Source: Syntrophales bacterium
Lineage (GTDB): Bacteria > Desulfobacterota > Syntrophia > Syntrophales > PHBD01
DNA: 64,000 nt
Assembly (NCBI GenBank): GCA_963668175.1
Contig: OY764159.1
Span: 3,104,001 to 3,168,000 of the forward strand
Direction: 5' to 3'
Position 1 is the stretch's first letter. Every line of letters begins with the position of its first letter. Under the pieces are notes generated by a model. The model was not told the DNA's origin, did no database searches, and worked only from the letters and a program-made list of their open reading frames with translations. The translations under genes and the position numbers were made by a program. Below are positions 45,993 through 55,559 of this stretch, in pieces.

Positions 45993-48287
45993 ATGAGACG
46001 AGGGTTGTTGTATGCGGCCATGATTCCTATCCTTTTCTGGTGCATTCTTGCGGCTGCTGCTGGTGCGACGGACCGTCTGCCGCCGCCTGATTTTCCGCTC
46101 ATGGAGGCGGTCAAAAAGGGCGACGCCAAGAACGTCCGGAGCCTCCTTGAAAGCGCATCTTTTAATAAGGCCGATATAGACAGGAAGGGTATAAGCGGCG
46201 AAACGGCCCTCACCGTCGCCGCCGGGGACGGCAACCTTGAAATCGTTCAGCTTCTCGTGGAACACGGCGCCGCGGTCGATGCGGGGAAAGACGGAGCAAG
46301 AACGCCGCTGATCGAGGCTTCCGGCCAGGGATACGTCAAGATCGTCCAATACCTCATCGAAAAAGGCGCCGACGTCAACGCGAGGGGCGGCGGCATTACG
46401 GCTCTCCTTGCGGCGAGCCGCAACGACGTCTTCCCTTTCAAACCCAAAGGCAACAGGAAGCGGACGATGGCGGCTCTCCTTTCGGCCGGCGCGGATGTCA
46501 ACGTACAGGACGAATCGTGGATGAAGACAGGCCGGACGCCCCTCATGTTCGCCGTAACGCAGGGGGATGCCGCCGCGGTGCAGAGCTTCCTCGCCAAAGG
46601 TGCGAAACTCGATGTAAAAGACAGCAACGGTGACACGGCCATGGCCATCGCCAAGGAGGCCCGGCTTGAATATATCGTATCGCTTCTCGAAAAGGCGGAG
46701 AAGGGACCTATTGAAGCGCCGCCCGCCGGCCCCGAACTGCCGCCTATCTTCGATGCCGTCAGGGAAAACAGTCTGAGCAAAGTGAAAGCCCTCCTCAAGG
46801 GCGGAGAGGATGTCGACCGGCGGACCCCCAGCGGCAGCACGCCGCTGATGTTTGCGGCGGACGGCGGCAATGCGGAAATCGCCCGGTATCTCATAAAAGA
46901 AGGCGCCGACGTCAATGCCGGAAACGGCATGAACAACACGGCGCTCATCTTCGCGGCGACCAAGGGCCATGCCAACATTGCGGCCGATCTCCTGCGGAAG
47001 AAGGCGGACGTCAACGCCCGGAACCTAAGCCGCGGCGACGCCCTGATCTATGCCGTGATCCATAACAAGGCCGACGTCGTCCGCATCCTTTTGAAGAGCG
47101 GCGCCGATATCGACCGCACCTATGACGACGGCAAGACGGCCCTCATCGCGGCCGTGGCCGAAGGCAACGAGGGTATCGCCCGCCAACTCATCGCCCGCGG
47201 GGCGGAAATCGATGCGGCCGACAGGAACGGCGTCACCGCCCTGATGGTCGCCTCCATCAAAGGCCAAGCGGAAATGGTCGATGCGTTCATTAAGGCCGGG
47301 GCGGATGTCCATATCAAGGACAAAAACGGGGAGACGGCCCTGGACAAGGCCGTGGCGGCCAACAGGCTCCCGATCGTCAAGAGACTGGCAGACGCGGCCG
47401 GACGCACCGGCCGGGAGCAGGCCCTCTTCGCCGCCGCCGGCAACGGCAACATGGAGATCGTCAAGCTTCTTCTGACCCGAGGCGTGGACGTGAACTCCGC
47501 AGGGCCCGGCGGGGAAACGCTCCTGATGCGGGCGGCCGCGGCGGACGACGACATGGTGAAGTATCTCGTCGGAAAGCACGCGGATGTCAACAGCCGCGAC
47601 TACGAAGGGAACACCGCCCTCATCAAAGCGGCAGGTTCTTTCTACAGCACCGCCGGCGTGACGGTCAGGTATCTCCTGGAGAACAGCGCCGATCCCAACG
47701 CGGCAAACAAGGACGGCGAGACGGCCCTGATCCTGGCGGCGAAAAGGGGCCGCATGGTTATGGCGGAAATGCTTCTCGACAAGAACGCTGCCGTCTTCCC
47801 GAAAGACAAGGCGGGCAAGACGGCCCTTGTCTATGCCATGGAAGGGGGCTATAACGACATCGCGGCTCGCCTGACCAAAGCAGGCGCAGCCAGAGATTAT
47901 AAGGGGATGAAATGGTCCGCTTTCGTCTCGAAGCAGAAGGAGCCGTTTATCAAGGTCGTGGACAATGCACAGGAATGGCATGCCCTCTGGAGCCGCGCCC
48001 TCGAAAAAACCGCGCCGGACATCGATTTCGACAAGTACGTTGTGGCCTGTGTCTTCCTGGGTTACTACGCAAAGTGGCTTTACGCCATCAACATCGGCGA
48101 ACCCGTCATGGAGGACGGCCGGATGGTCGTGCCCTACGGCCTTTTAGATATTGAATTGCGGCTTTCCGGCCCCTTCGAGGCCTCCGGGCAGTACGCCATG
48201 AAGGTCCTGGAGAAAAAACCGGGCGTATCGTACGTCGTGGAAGAGCGGCCTGCGCGGACTCGGCGGCACCCTCCGGCGCTCCGTTGA
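45993..48287 (+). CDS. Exported ankyrin repeat protein with PrcB_C-like C-terminal domain
   Basis: Signal peptide; about 17-18 GxT(A/P)L...GADVN repeats; tail EWHALW...APDIDFDKYVVACVFLG; RBS GAGGTG. Confidence 0.88.
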   Translation: MRRGLLYAAMIPILFWCILAAAAGATDRLPPPDFPLMEAVKKGDAKNVRSLLESASFNKADIDRKGISGETALTVAAGDGNLEIVQLLVEHGAAVDAGKDGARTPLIEASGQGYVKIVQYLIEKGADVNARGGGITALLAASRNDVFPFKPKGNRKRTMAALLSAGADVNVQDESWMKTGRTPLMFAVTQGDAAAVQSFLAKGAKLDVKDSNGDTAMAIAKEARLEYIVSLLEKAEKGPIEAPPAGPELPPIFDAVRENSLSKVKALLKGGEDVDRRTPSGSTPLMFAADGGNAEIARYLIKEGADVNAGNGMNNTALIFAATKGHANIAADLLRKKADVNARNLSRGDALIYAVIHNKADVVRILLKSGADIDRTYDDGKTALIAAVAEGNEGIARQLIARGAEIDAADRNGVTALMVASIKGQAEMVDAFIKAGADVHIKDKNGETALDKAVAANRLPIVKRLADAAGRTGREQALFAAAGNGNMEIVKLLLTRGVDVNSAGPGGETLLMRAAAADDDMVKYLVGKHADVNSRDYEGNTALIKAAGSFYSTAGVTVRYLLENSADPNAANKDGETALILAAKRGRMVMAEMLLDKNAAVFPKDKAGKTALVYAMEGGYNDIAARLTKAGAARDYKGMKWSAFVSKQKEPFIKVVDNAQEWHALWSRALEKTAPDIDFDKYVVACVFLGYYAKWLYAINIGEPVMEDGRMVVPYGLLDIELRLSGPFEASGQYAMKVLEKKPGVSYVVEERPARTRRHPPALR

Positions 48288-48420
48288 TCCATCCCCGGAT
48301 CATAAGCGGCGATGGCTCGTCGTTATGGCGGTGTTTGAATGAAGCCCATACGGGTCAATACTCCTCCGGAATACATCCGGCAGGATACGATATGAAAAGA
48401 TAACACGAGGAGATCAATCT

Positions 48421-48846
48421 ATGCATCTATCAGACAAGTCTTACACCGGCACCGCCGTCAGTCTTGCCGTCTGCCTGTTCCTGTTTGCCGGCATGCCCCT
48501 GAAGACCGCCGCAGCGGCAGAGGCGGCATCCGCCGAAAGTTCGCGGAACCCGATAGTCGAAGCGAAAAAGACCTTTGACGTCGAGATGAAGAAAGCCAAA
48601 ACCGCCTTCCTGGAAGCAATCAGACAGGCCCGGAGGGATTACCGCGAGGCGGTGCGGAAGGCCAGGGAAGATTTGCAGAACACGAAAGAATCTTCTTCGG
48701 ACAAGGCGAAGGAGTTGCGGCAAAGCAGCAACGACGCGATCAAGACGGCCAAGGAAGATATGAAGAAGGCGCAGCAATCGGCCAAGGAAGAATGGGAGAA
48801 GGCCAAGGCGGAAGCCAAAAGGAAATTCGACAGCGCTATAAAGTGA
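48421..48846 (+). CDS. Exported charged alpha-helical hypothetical protein
   Basis: Signal peptide then Ala/Lys/Glu-rich amphipathic repeats with roughly 11-residue spacing; RBS GAGGAG. Confidence 0.75.
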   Translation: MHLSDKSYTGTAVSLAVCLFLFAGMPLKTAAAAEAASAESSRNPIVEAKKTFDVEMKKAKTAFLEAIRQARRDYREAVRKAREDLQNTKESSSDKAKELRQSSNDAIKTAKEDMKKAQQSAKEEWEKAKAEAKRKFDSAIK

Positions 48847-49053
48847 TTCCGCGATTTCTCTATCGGTTTTGAGGCATCTAGGATCACGGTAAGACGTTGA
48901 GATTATTCAGCGATCGTCAGAGACATATAGTGACTTTGTTTTACGATTCGCCGACATCCGGGATAACTGATAACTGTCACTCTCAGCTACACGAAGAATC
49001 GGCCGGGAATCGTTTCATGTCATGGTCCACTGCTCTAGTATTAATGCTGGAAA

Positions 49054-50010
49054 TCAACCATAAGCAGGCGATTGCTGCTGTTTCTCAAGGTTACCAATGG
49101 CAGCCCTGATCATGGGATACAGCGTGAGATCCATTCTATGACGGTCGTGAAGCGTTCTCAATCGAACGAGAGCTTCCGGGAAGGACCGTTGAAGTGTGAT
49201 ACAGTAGCCCACTCCGATTTCTAACTGGTCTTCATGGTTGCTGTACAATTGGCACAGGCAGTGCCAGTCGTCGATCGCCATGTTAATTATTTCATGGTAA
49301 CGATTCTGTTGATCCGCAAGCCCCCTATCAATCGCTCCAACGATGTCCTCGGCGGTCGTTGTGCCGGATAACTCTATGATAGGAGGTAAATCCCTAAAGT
49401 TCATACGCCGCAACAACGACACGAGGTGGCCCCTTGCTTCCGGCGCCAGCATCAAATACTCCTCCGCAACCGCCCTGGAATAGTATGCGATATAGGATGT
49501 GTATTTCGTTTCGAATAGTTCTTCCACTTTTGCTTCCGTGAACTCCGGCACTTTATAGTTTTTTATATTATCTAAACTTGAGGCGATCTCATTCGTTACG
49601 GTTTGTTTCAGAGTCTGGAAATGGTTTTCAAGAGAATCTTTACCCGAATTTATCGATTCCGTTACCTTATCATCCATGATGGAGAAACGATTCTCTATGT
49701 TTCTGATAGTTTCAATTTCTCTTGTTATAAATTCTCTTTGATTCTTTGCCGCGCTGTTGCCTGTAATGGCAATACCGATACTAAATGCACTAACAATAAA
49801 TGTCATGAAGAAACCGTAGACCGTTATCGTATTGTCGAGACGCTTAATAGCGAGTTCAAAGAACTTTTCATTGGTCAGATTAGCCTTTTCGTTGGCTGTC
49901 CTGGCAGGCGGGTCGATCAATCCACGGTCAGCGCATGAGGAACTGATGCAATACAATAAGGACAGGAAACATATAAAACCAGTTAAAAAACATATATATC
50001 TCGGCATCAT
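49054..50010 (-). CDS. Hypothetical membrane-anchored coiled-coil protein
   Basis: N-terminal hydrophobic segment, second TM (VYGFFMTFIVSAFSIGIAI), then helical/coiled-coil region; overlaps the receiver gene stop. Confidence 0.72.
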   Translation of the reverse strand: MMPRYICFLTGFICFLSLLYCISSSCADRGLIDPPARTANEKANLTNEKFFELAIKRLDNTITVYGFFMTFIVSAFSIGIAITGNSAAKNQREFITREIETIRNIENRFSIMDDKVTESINSGKDSLENHFQTLKQTVTNEIASSLDNIKNYKVPEFTEAKVEELFETKYTSYIAYYSRAVAEEYLMLAPEARGHLVSLLRRMNFRDLPPIIELSGTTTAEDIVGAIDRGLADQQNRYHEIINMAIDDWHCLCQLYSNHEDQLEIGVGYCITLQRSFPEALVRLRTLHDRHRMDLTLYPMIRAAIGNLEKQQQSPAYG

Positions 50011-50552
50011 GGTATTTTTTTCTCCAGTCTGTCGAAGGCTATGCGCAAGCTATCTTTATTCATATCCCTTTTGCATAGATGAAAAATTCTCGGGACACCA
50101 TGTGCATCCCGCAATTTTCTTTCTATCACATCATACCTCTGTCGATATAACGGCTTTTCCGTCACCGTCAGGAAAAGAACCAGCGGTGGCGGCGACCATG
50201 TCCAATTGACAGTAACGTCTTCGCTGTCCGGCCCTCTCATTTGGAGAATCACCCTCTCATAGAAGACCAGTCCCGCGTCGGTGCCGTTCCCTTCCGTACG
50301 AAACAGCAATTCTTTATCGCCCTCGTGCCATTCCCGGGGAGATGCAACGAGAGGCGTGCCCATCATCATGACGTCCAGGATAAGCCCAAACCTTCCAAGC
50401 CTATTCGGATCCTTTTTCTTTATCTCGACAAGAAAGGTTGTAAATCTGGCGATATTCGAAAATACGTCTATTATTCTTACACCAAGATCTCCTAGTGTCT
50501 TTTTTGTGCCTTCAACCGTTGATTGTTGATCCTCCAGCCAAAGCCATTCCAT
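50007..50552 (-). CDS. Divergent stand-alone receiver (REC) domain protein
   Basis: WLWLEDQ, LILDVMM, LFLT, HLCK conserved positions with two long insertions; RBS AAGGAGGT. Confidence 0.75.
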   Translation of the reverse strand: MEWLWLEDQQSTVEGTKKTLGDLGVRIIDVFSNIARFTTFLVEIKKKDPNRLGRFGLILDVMMMGTPLVASPREWHEGDKELLFRTEGNGTDAGLVFYERVILQMRGPDSEDVTVNWTWSPPPLVLFLTVTEKPLYRQRYDVIERKLRDAHGVPRIFHLCKRDMNKDSLRIAFDRLEKKIP

Positions 50553-50569
50553 ACAACCGCACCTCCTTG

Positions 50570-53500
50570 TCATGAATCCCATGGATTTTCTTCTCTCTCC
50601 AACCATGCAGGGTATTCTAACAAAAAGGAAAAGATGGACCATCGGGGGTCCTTCGTCTTCCTATAGTCGAGACACAAATCGCCGCCGAAGGAACGGGCTC
50701 TCTTCCGGGCAATGAACAGCCCAAGCCCTTCGCCCTTATCATCTTGGCCTTGGAGATTGGAGTGGCATCGCGCTCCGGCGTCAAATACTTTCTCAGGCGC
50801 GGTTGTCGCTTCTTCATTCAGAGCAACGCCCGTGTTTGTGATCGTTATCTCGCGATGCGCCGCGCTGGAATGCGCCGTGATCTCAAGTGCCGTTCCCCTT
50901 TTTGCGTATTTTACAATGTTATCAACTAAATTTTTGAATATTTCCCTCAACGTCAAATCGGGAAGCCAGATGTCGGCGGGATAGATATCCAATTCAAGAA
51001 TCCTGATTCCCGCCTCTTTCAGGTCTTCCTCCCTCGACTTCAGAGCGGACGTCAAAACGGAGCGGATATCAATGCGTTTTCGCATGGGGCCATGAAGAGA
51101 AAAGGTGAACATATAGGCCAATAGGGGATGCTCATCATCCATTATATTGAGTTCTTCAATTTTATTTGAAGTGATGAATCGAAGCAACGCGTTTCCCAAC
51201 TTGATGTTACTTGAAATGTCAATCAAGTTTTTTCGTAACTCAGGGGTTAGATGCTGTTTTATTCTCTTTTGGAGAAGTTCGACATTCTGCTGGATGCCTA
51301 GGAACGCCAGATCCACATCGTGTGCGATTACGCGGCGTATCGTGGCCATCTTCCTGTTCAGGGCGTTGTAATGCATGACGATCTCGGTGATCTCCTGCCC
51401 CAGGTACACGACAGCATCCTGAAATTCCTTGGAGTATTCAATCCCTTTCATGCGATCGTGAATCACGAGCAGGCCGAACGGTCTTTGCTCCATATCCACC
51501 ATTTTGACCTGGATGCAGGATCTGTAGCCTGCCGCTGAAAGACCATGCAAGGCCGTGCCGGTAAGGGAGGACACGTCTGAAATGATCCATAATGGGTTGC
51601 TTCTTTTCAGTATCTCGGTGAAGAAGCGATCGCTGCCGGAAACCTCCATGTCATACTGTAACAAATTGTCCTGTATGTTGATGCTCTTTCCTATTAAGAC
51701 CAACTCACGCTCCTCGGACAAGCGCCACAAGGATACGCCGCCGGCGCCGAAGAGAACGGCTGTCTCCTCCGCGATTTCTTCGTAAAATGCCCGATCACGG
51801 CCTGTTTTGATTGCCTCTCCGAGGATTTCATTGAGCCTTTTATGGGCGGCCGTCAGCTTGGACTCGAAGAGTTCGGGCGCATAGGTGTCCACGAAGTTGA
51901 TGACACTCAGCCTGTCCAGGATGGAGAACTGGCACGGTTTTTCGGTCGATAGACATAAGACACCGTGTTTCCGTCCCTGATAGATGATAGGGGAGATCAA
52001 ATAGTCGCCATCCTTTTTAAACCAATGGGACCAGTCCCGAAGATTTATGAAAGTTTGGTCGATAAGATGGGCAAGGGGTTTGAATGTTTCATCGCATATA
52101 TAACGGGAGATGAACGTCTCATCATCCAGACACTGGTATAAGGGATTATTGATCCTCTGAGATTCATTTCCTCCTTCTGTTTTCATAAACGATGCAACAT
52201 CCAGCCATATAGCGTCATTTCTGGCCGGTTTCATCCCCCTGGGAAACACGTTCGATATATCCATCACGGCGGGGATGAGAATGTTAGCGGGGCCGTCGTA
52301 TTTGAAGTACGTCACGCGATCTGCCAGAGTGAGTTGCAGCGACGCAACTGCCAGTTCTTCATACCGCCGCTGGGCGTCTTCGATTGGAACGCCTTGAAGT
52401 TTATGGTGGATCTGCTGGGAGTAGGTCCGCTTGAAGTGGGACCTGTTCATCATTCCCTTTTCCCTGTGCAGCTTGTGAAAGCTCTCCAGTTCCTTCCTGG
52501 CATCATTCCATAACTTTTCATACTTCTCTCTATTATCTTCCGTAACGTCCTCATCGTCATATTCGATCGTTACGTGATCCAAGTTTTCTTCATGCTTTTC
52601 TTTCTTCGTGATTGCCGTGCGGAACTGATAGAGGTCGTCCTTATGATTGAAGGTCCAAACCGATGACGCAACGTGGTTTAGCCTTGGTTCGGGAGAGAGG
52701 CGTACGCTGATGTGGACGGTATACGGTTTATTCTTTTCATCTTTCTCTTGCTTATCTTTAGAAAACGGTTTTTTCCAATAACTCTTTATTTCTGTTTTCT
52801 TAATGTCGTCATGGAGTGCTTTGATTTTAGCTGAATACTTCCGAAATAACGGGGCCGTATAGTCGCAATGTAAGAACAGGAGCCACTCGACGAGATTTCG
52901 CCATTCGGAAGAGGAAAACGCAGCAATGCTTCTATTATATTGCTTCTCCAAGAGAGTCAGGTCAGTGATGACAGTACTCGCGATTAAGGTTTTTTTCGTG
53001 AGGATATCCTGATTCACCAAGGAATGCATTCGGAGACTGTTGATCAGATGGACTGTATCCTCGTAAGACAATATTTCATTCTTTTTGATTTGCTTGAGAA
53101 TAGCCAGGATATTGCGTTCCATACGAAACGAATGCGAGCCGGCTTCTGTGGGGTCCAAGGACTCTGCGGTCCACACATGCCCCACCACCCAGTATCCGTC
53201 CATGGTGCCGAACCCCTGCCGGATAGGCAATATCATCTCCTTGAGACCGATGGGGTTCAGCAATGCTTGCTGTTCATTTTTATTGTTAATAGGGTTCAGT
53301 AATTCTTGCTGTTCATTTATATTATTAAAGCTTGCTATCGCTCTCAAGTAGTGCAGCGTCATGTAGGATGAAATAGGGGGGTATATTTTCTTGACGGCTT
53401 GGAAGAGCGGGTTCGGAATGCTGAGGGGAGTCTGCCAAATGGCATTGTTCAAGGCATCTTTTGTTATTGGAGTATATCCCTTTTTCTGAAAAGATTTCGG

Positions 53501-53746
53501 CACGTTTTCAGGATAGAACCAGTATAGTAGGTCATCTCCGATGCTCTCTTCCAGGGGTTTCTCAGGATGGCCTCGATCGATCAGCGCTTTGAGTTTTTGA
53601 ATGGGGGCACCTGCTTCTTCCCATATACGCAAAACGGCATCCAGTGCGTCGTAATTGATTAAACGGAATGAGCAGTTCAGAAAGAAAGACAGGGACCGCT
53701 GTGTATGAAGCAGGCGCTTCTTCTCATCCGGGCTCAAGCTCGCCAC
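50570..53746 (-). CDS. Cytoplasmic multi-sensor histidine kinase (PocR-like + 2 GAF-like + HATPase_c)
   Basis: GLKEMILPI...GYWVVGHV; LISPIIYQGRKHGVLCL; PFGLLVIH; IAHD; NLVDNIVKY, ITNTG, GEGLGLFIA; no TM. Confidence 0.8.
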   Translation of the reverse strand: MASLSPDEKKRLLHTQRSLSFFLNCSFRLINYDALDAVLRIWEEAGAPIQKLKALIDRGHPEKPLEESIGDDLLYWFYPENVPKSFQKKGYTPITKDALNNAIWQTPLSIPNPLFQAVKKIYPPISSYMTLHYLRAIASFNNINEQQELLNPINNKNEQQALLNPIGLKEMILPIRQGFGTMDGYWVVGHVWTAESLDPTEAGSHSFRMERNILAILKQIKKNEILSYEDTVHLINSLRMHSLVNQDILTKKTLIASTVITDLTLLEKQYNRSIAAFSSSEWRNLVEWLLFLHCDYTAPLFRKYSAKIKALHDDIKKTEIKSYWKKPFSKDKQEKDEKNKPYTVHISVRLSPEPRLNHVASSVWTFNHKDDLYQFRTAITKKEKHEENLDHVTIEYDDEDVTEDNREKYEKLWNDARKELESFHKLHREKGMMNRSHFKRTYSQQIHHKLQGVPIEDAQRRYEELAVASLQLTLADRVTYFKYDGPANILIPAVMDISNVFPRGMKPARNDAIWLDVASFMKTEGGNESQRINNPLYQCLDDETFISRYICDETFKPLAHLIDQTFINLRDWSHWFKKDGDYLISPIIYQGRKHGVLCLSTEKPCQFSILDRLSVINFVDTYAPELFESKLTAAHKRLNEILGEAIKTGRDRAFYEEIAEETAVLFGAGGVSLWRLSEERELVLIGKSINIQDNLLQYDMEVSGSDRFFTEILKRSNPLWIISDVSSLTGTALHGLSAAGYRSCIQVKMVDMEQRPFGLLVIHDRMKGIEYSKEFQDAVVYLGQEITEIVMHYNALNRKMATIRRVIAHDVDLAFLGIQQNVELLQKRIKQHLTPELRKNLIDISSNIKLGNALLRFITSNKIEELNIMDDEHPLLAYMFTFSLHGPMRKRIDIRSVLTSALKSREEDLKEAGIRILELDIYPADIWLPDLTLREIFKNLVDNIVKYAKRGTALEITAHSSAAHREITITNTGVALNEEATTAPEKVFDAGARCHSNLQGQDDKGEGLGLFIARKRARSFGGDLCLDYRKTKDPRWSIFSFLLEYPAWLEREENPWDS
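53249..53326 (-). repeat. In-frame 39-bp tandem duplication inside the kinase gene
   Basis: Encodes NNINEQQELLNPI / NNKNEQQALLNPI. Confidence 0.85.
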
Positions 53747-54155
53747 AGGATCGACCTCCGTACTTTTATAAGGATATTATTTCTATATCATTGACATTTA
53801 ACAATTGCAAGAATTTAATTCAAATTATAAATATAGAATATAATGATTATAATTTCCGATGAAATAAACCTAAAATATGTTTACCATAATTAATGAATGT
53901 ACGCTTAAAGGACGTTGACAGACTTTTATACTTCTATTTTTTCGAAAAACTTCAGTGCAAATCAAATTACTGTTGACAATGTTGGAAAATGCTGATTTGT
54001 GCATTTTGGTCAGGGATGCGGCGTTTTACATTGCATAATGTGTGCGTCAAAGAGAAGAATTTTCATCTACCTCTTTATATTTGTGTTGACATTAGTTTTC
54101 GTCTGTATGTGAACCGGCCCTAAATGCTTCTTGACATTTTATTTTCGGTCCTGTA

Positions 54156-54169
54156 GTTGTATATACAAC
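54156..54169. promoter_or_regulatory. Palindromic operator 1 (likely MarR site)
   Basis: GTTGTATATACAAC, downstream of TTGACA at 54131-54136; identical copy at 54675. Confidence 0.82.
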
Positions 54170-54198
54170 GTATTGACTTCTTCGCAGGACGGAACCCT

Positions 54199-54657
54199 AT
54201 GAATAAACCGGCAGACACGATGGGCCTTGTCAAGATCCGGGCCAACGAATGCATTGCCGTCCGCGTCCGGCTCCTGAGCCGTATGGTGACCCATATCTAC
54301 GACTCCGCCATGAAACCCTACGGCGTGAAGCTGAACCAGATGACCATCCTTTCTCTCGTCTACCTGACCGGAGAGACCGGCTTCGAGGCCCTGGGCCGGA
54401 GACTCAAGATAGAGAAGTCGACGGCAAGCCGGAACGTCGAGCGCCTGAAGAAGGCAGGCTGGCTTACTGTGACGCAGGACAGCGACGATAAACGGAAGAT
54501 TCTCAGGATTACGCCGGCGGGAGAGCGGTTGCTTGCGGATGTCCACGAGGCCTGGGAGAACGCCCAGAAACAGGCGGCAGAACTCCTGGGAAGGGAAGGC
54601 GCGGCCGCCGTCTGTCTGACGGCCGACGAGATATGGCGGAAAGACCGGAGGGGATAG
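54199..54657 (+). CDS. MarR family transcriptional regulator
   Basis: NQMTIL, EKSTASRNVERLKKAGWL, DKRKILRITPAG. Confidence 0.92.
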   Translation: MNKPADTMGLVKIRANECIAVRVRLLSRMVTHIYDSAMKPYGVKLNQMTILSLVYLTGETGFEALGRRLKIEKSTASRNVERLKKAGWLTVTQDSDDKRKILRITPAGERLLADVHEAWENAQKQAAELLGREGAAAVCLTADEIWRKDRRG

Positions 54658-54674
54658 TTTTTTTTACGGATTAA

Positions 54675-54688
54675 GTTGTATATACAAC
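54675..54688. promoter_or_regulatory. Palindromic operator 2 (identical to 54156-54169)
   Basis: GTTGTATATACAAC just upstream of the RBS GGAGG of the next gene. Confidence 0.82.
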
Positions 54689-54710
54689 ATACGAACCATG
54701 GAGGATAATC

Positions 54711-55505
54711 ATGAAGCAACGTATCAGGCAATTCGCCCTGGATTACGGCGTGGACGATGTGGGCATCGCGGCGGCCGCCGATTATCGGAGCGTGCGTTCC
54801 CCGAAACTTGAAACGATCATGCCCGGCGTCAAGTCGATGGTCGTCATGGCCTTCAAGGAGCCGTCCAGCTGCGAGAGCGCCAACCCCCAGGTCGCCATGA
54901 GCGGCCGGCTGGACCTCATGTCTTTTTCGCGGTCCTGCAACTACAAGATGGTCCGCTTCCTGGAGAAGGAATTCGACGCGAAGGCGATGGCCGCCCCCGT
55001 CTCCTATCCCCTGGAGATGGGCGAGAAGACCATGGGCCTCGTCGGCGACGTGTCGCTCCGTCATGCGGCGGTGGCGGCAGGCATCGGGTCCTTCGGAAGA
55101 AACAATCTCGTCCTTCATCCGAAGTACGGTTCCCGCATTCTCTTTACGGCCGTCCTCACCGATCTAGCCATGGATTCCGACGCCCCATACGACAAGGACC
55201 TTTGCACCGACTGCAATCTCTGCGTCGAAAAATGCCCCGCCGGGGCCCTGGATGAAGAAGGCAAGACCGACACGCTCAAATGCCTCCGGAACTCGCAACC
55301 TCACGGCATCGGCGCGAGCATACGTTTCTGGTCCAAGTATGCCGATGCCCCGCCTGAAGAGAAAAAGGCCATGGTCCGTGATGTGGAATTCTGGAAGATG
55401 TACCAGGCAGGCTTCATCGGTTTTCAGTACTTCTGTTGGAACTGCATGACGTCCTGTCCGGCGGGCCGGAAGAAAGCCGCCAAAACAGGCAAGGCATCCC
55501 AATGA
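54711..55505 (+). CDS. Epoxyqueuosine-reductase/reductive-dehalogenase-like 2[4Fe-4S] protein
   Basis: SLRHAAVAAGIGSFGRNNL..HPKYGSR...AVLTD, CTDCNLCVEKCP, LKC...CWNCMTSCP. Confidence 0.85.
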   Translation: MKQRIRQFALDYGVDDVGIAAAADYRSVRSPKLETIMPGVKSMVVMAFKEPSSCESANPQVAMSGRLDLMSFSRSCNYKMVRFLEKEFDAKAMAAPVSYPLEMGEKTMGLVGDVSLRHAAVAAGIGSFGRNNLVLHPKYGSRILFTAVLTDLAMDSDAPYDKDLCTDCNLCVEKCPAGALDEEGKTDTLKCLRNSQPHGIGASIRFWSKYADAPPEEKKAMVRDVEFWKMYQAGFIGFQYFCWNCMTSCPAGRKKAAKTGKASQ

Positions 55506-55559
55506 TCCGTGGGATGTCGGGTTGCCGCAGGAAGAACGCCCTGCCCTTCAGTCCTGTCC

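Noticed and set aside
54711..55505. Gene symbol queG or rdhA
   Set aside because: Only the shared core is visible; diagnostic features of either enzyme were not seen.
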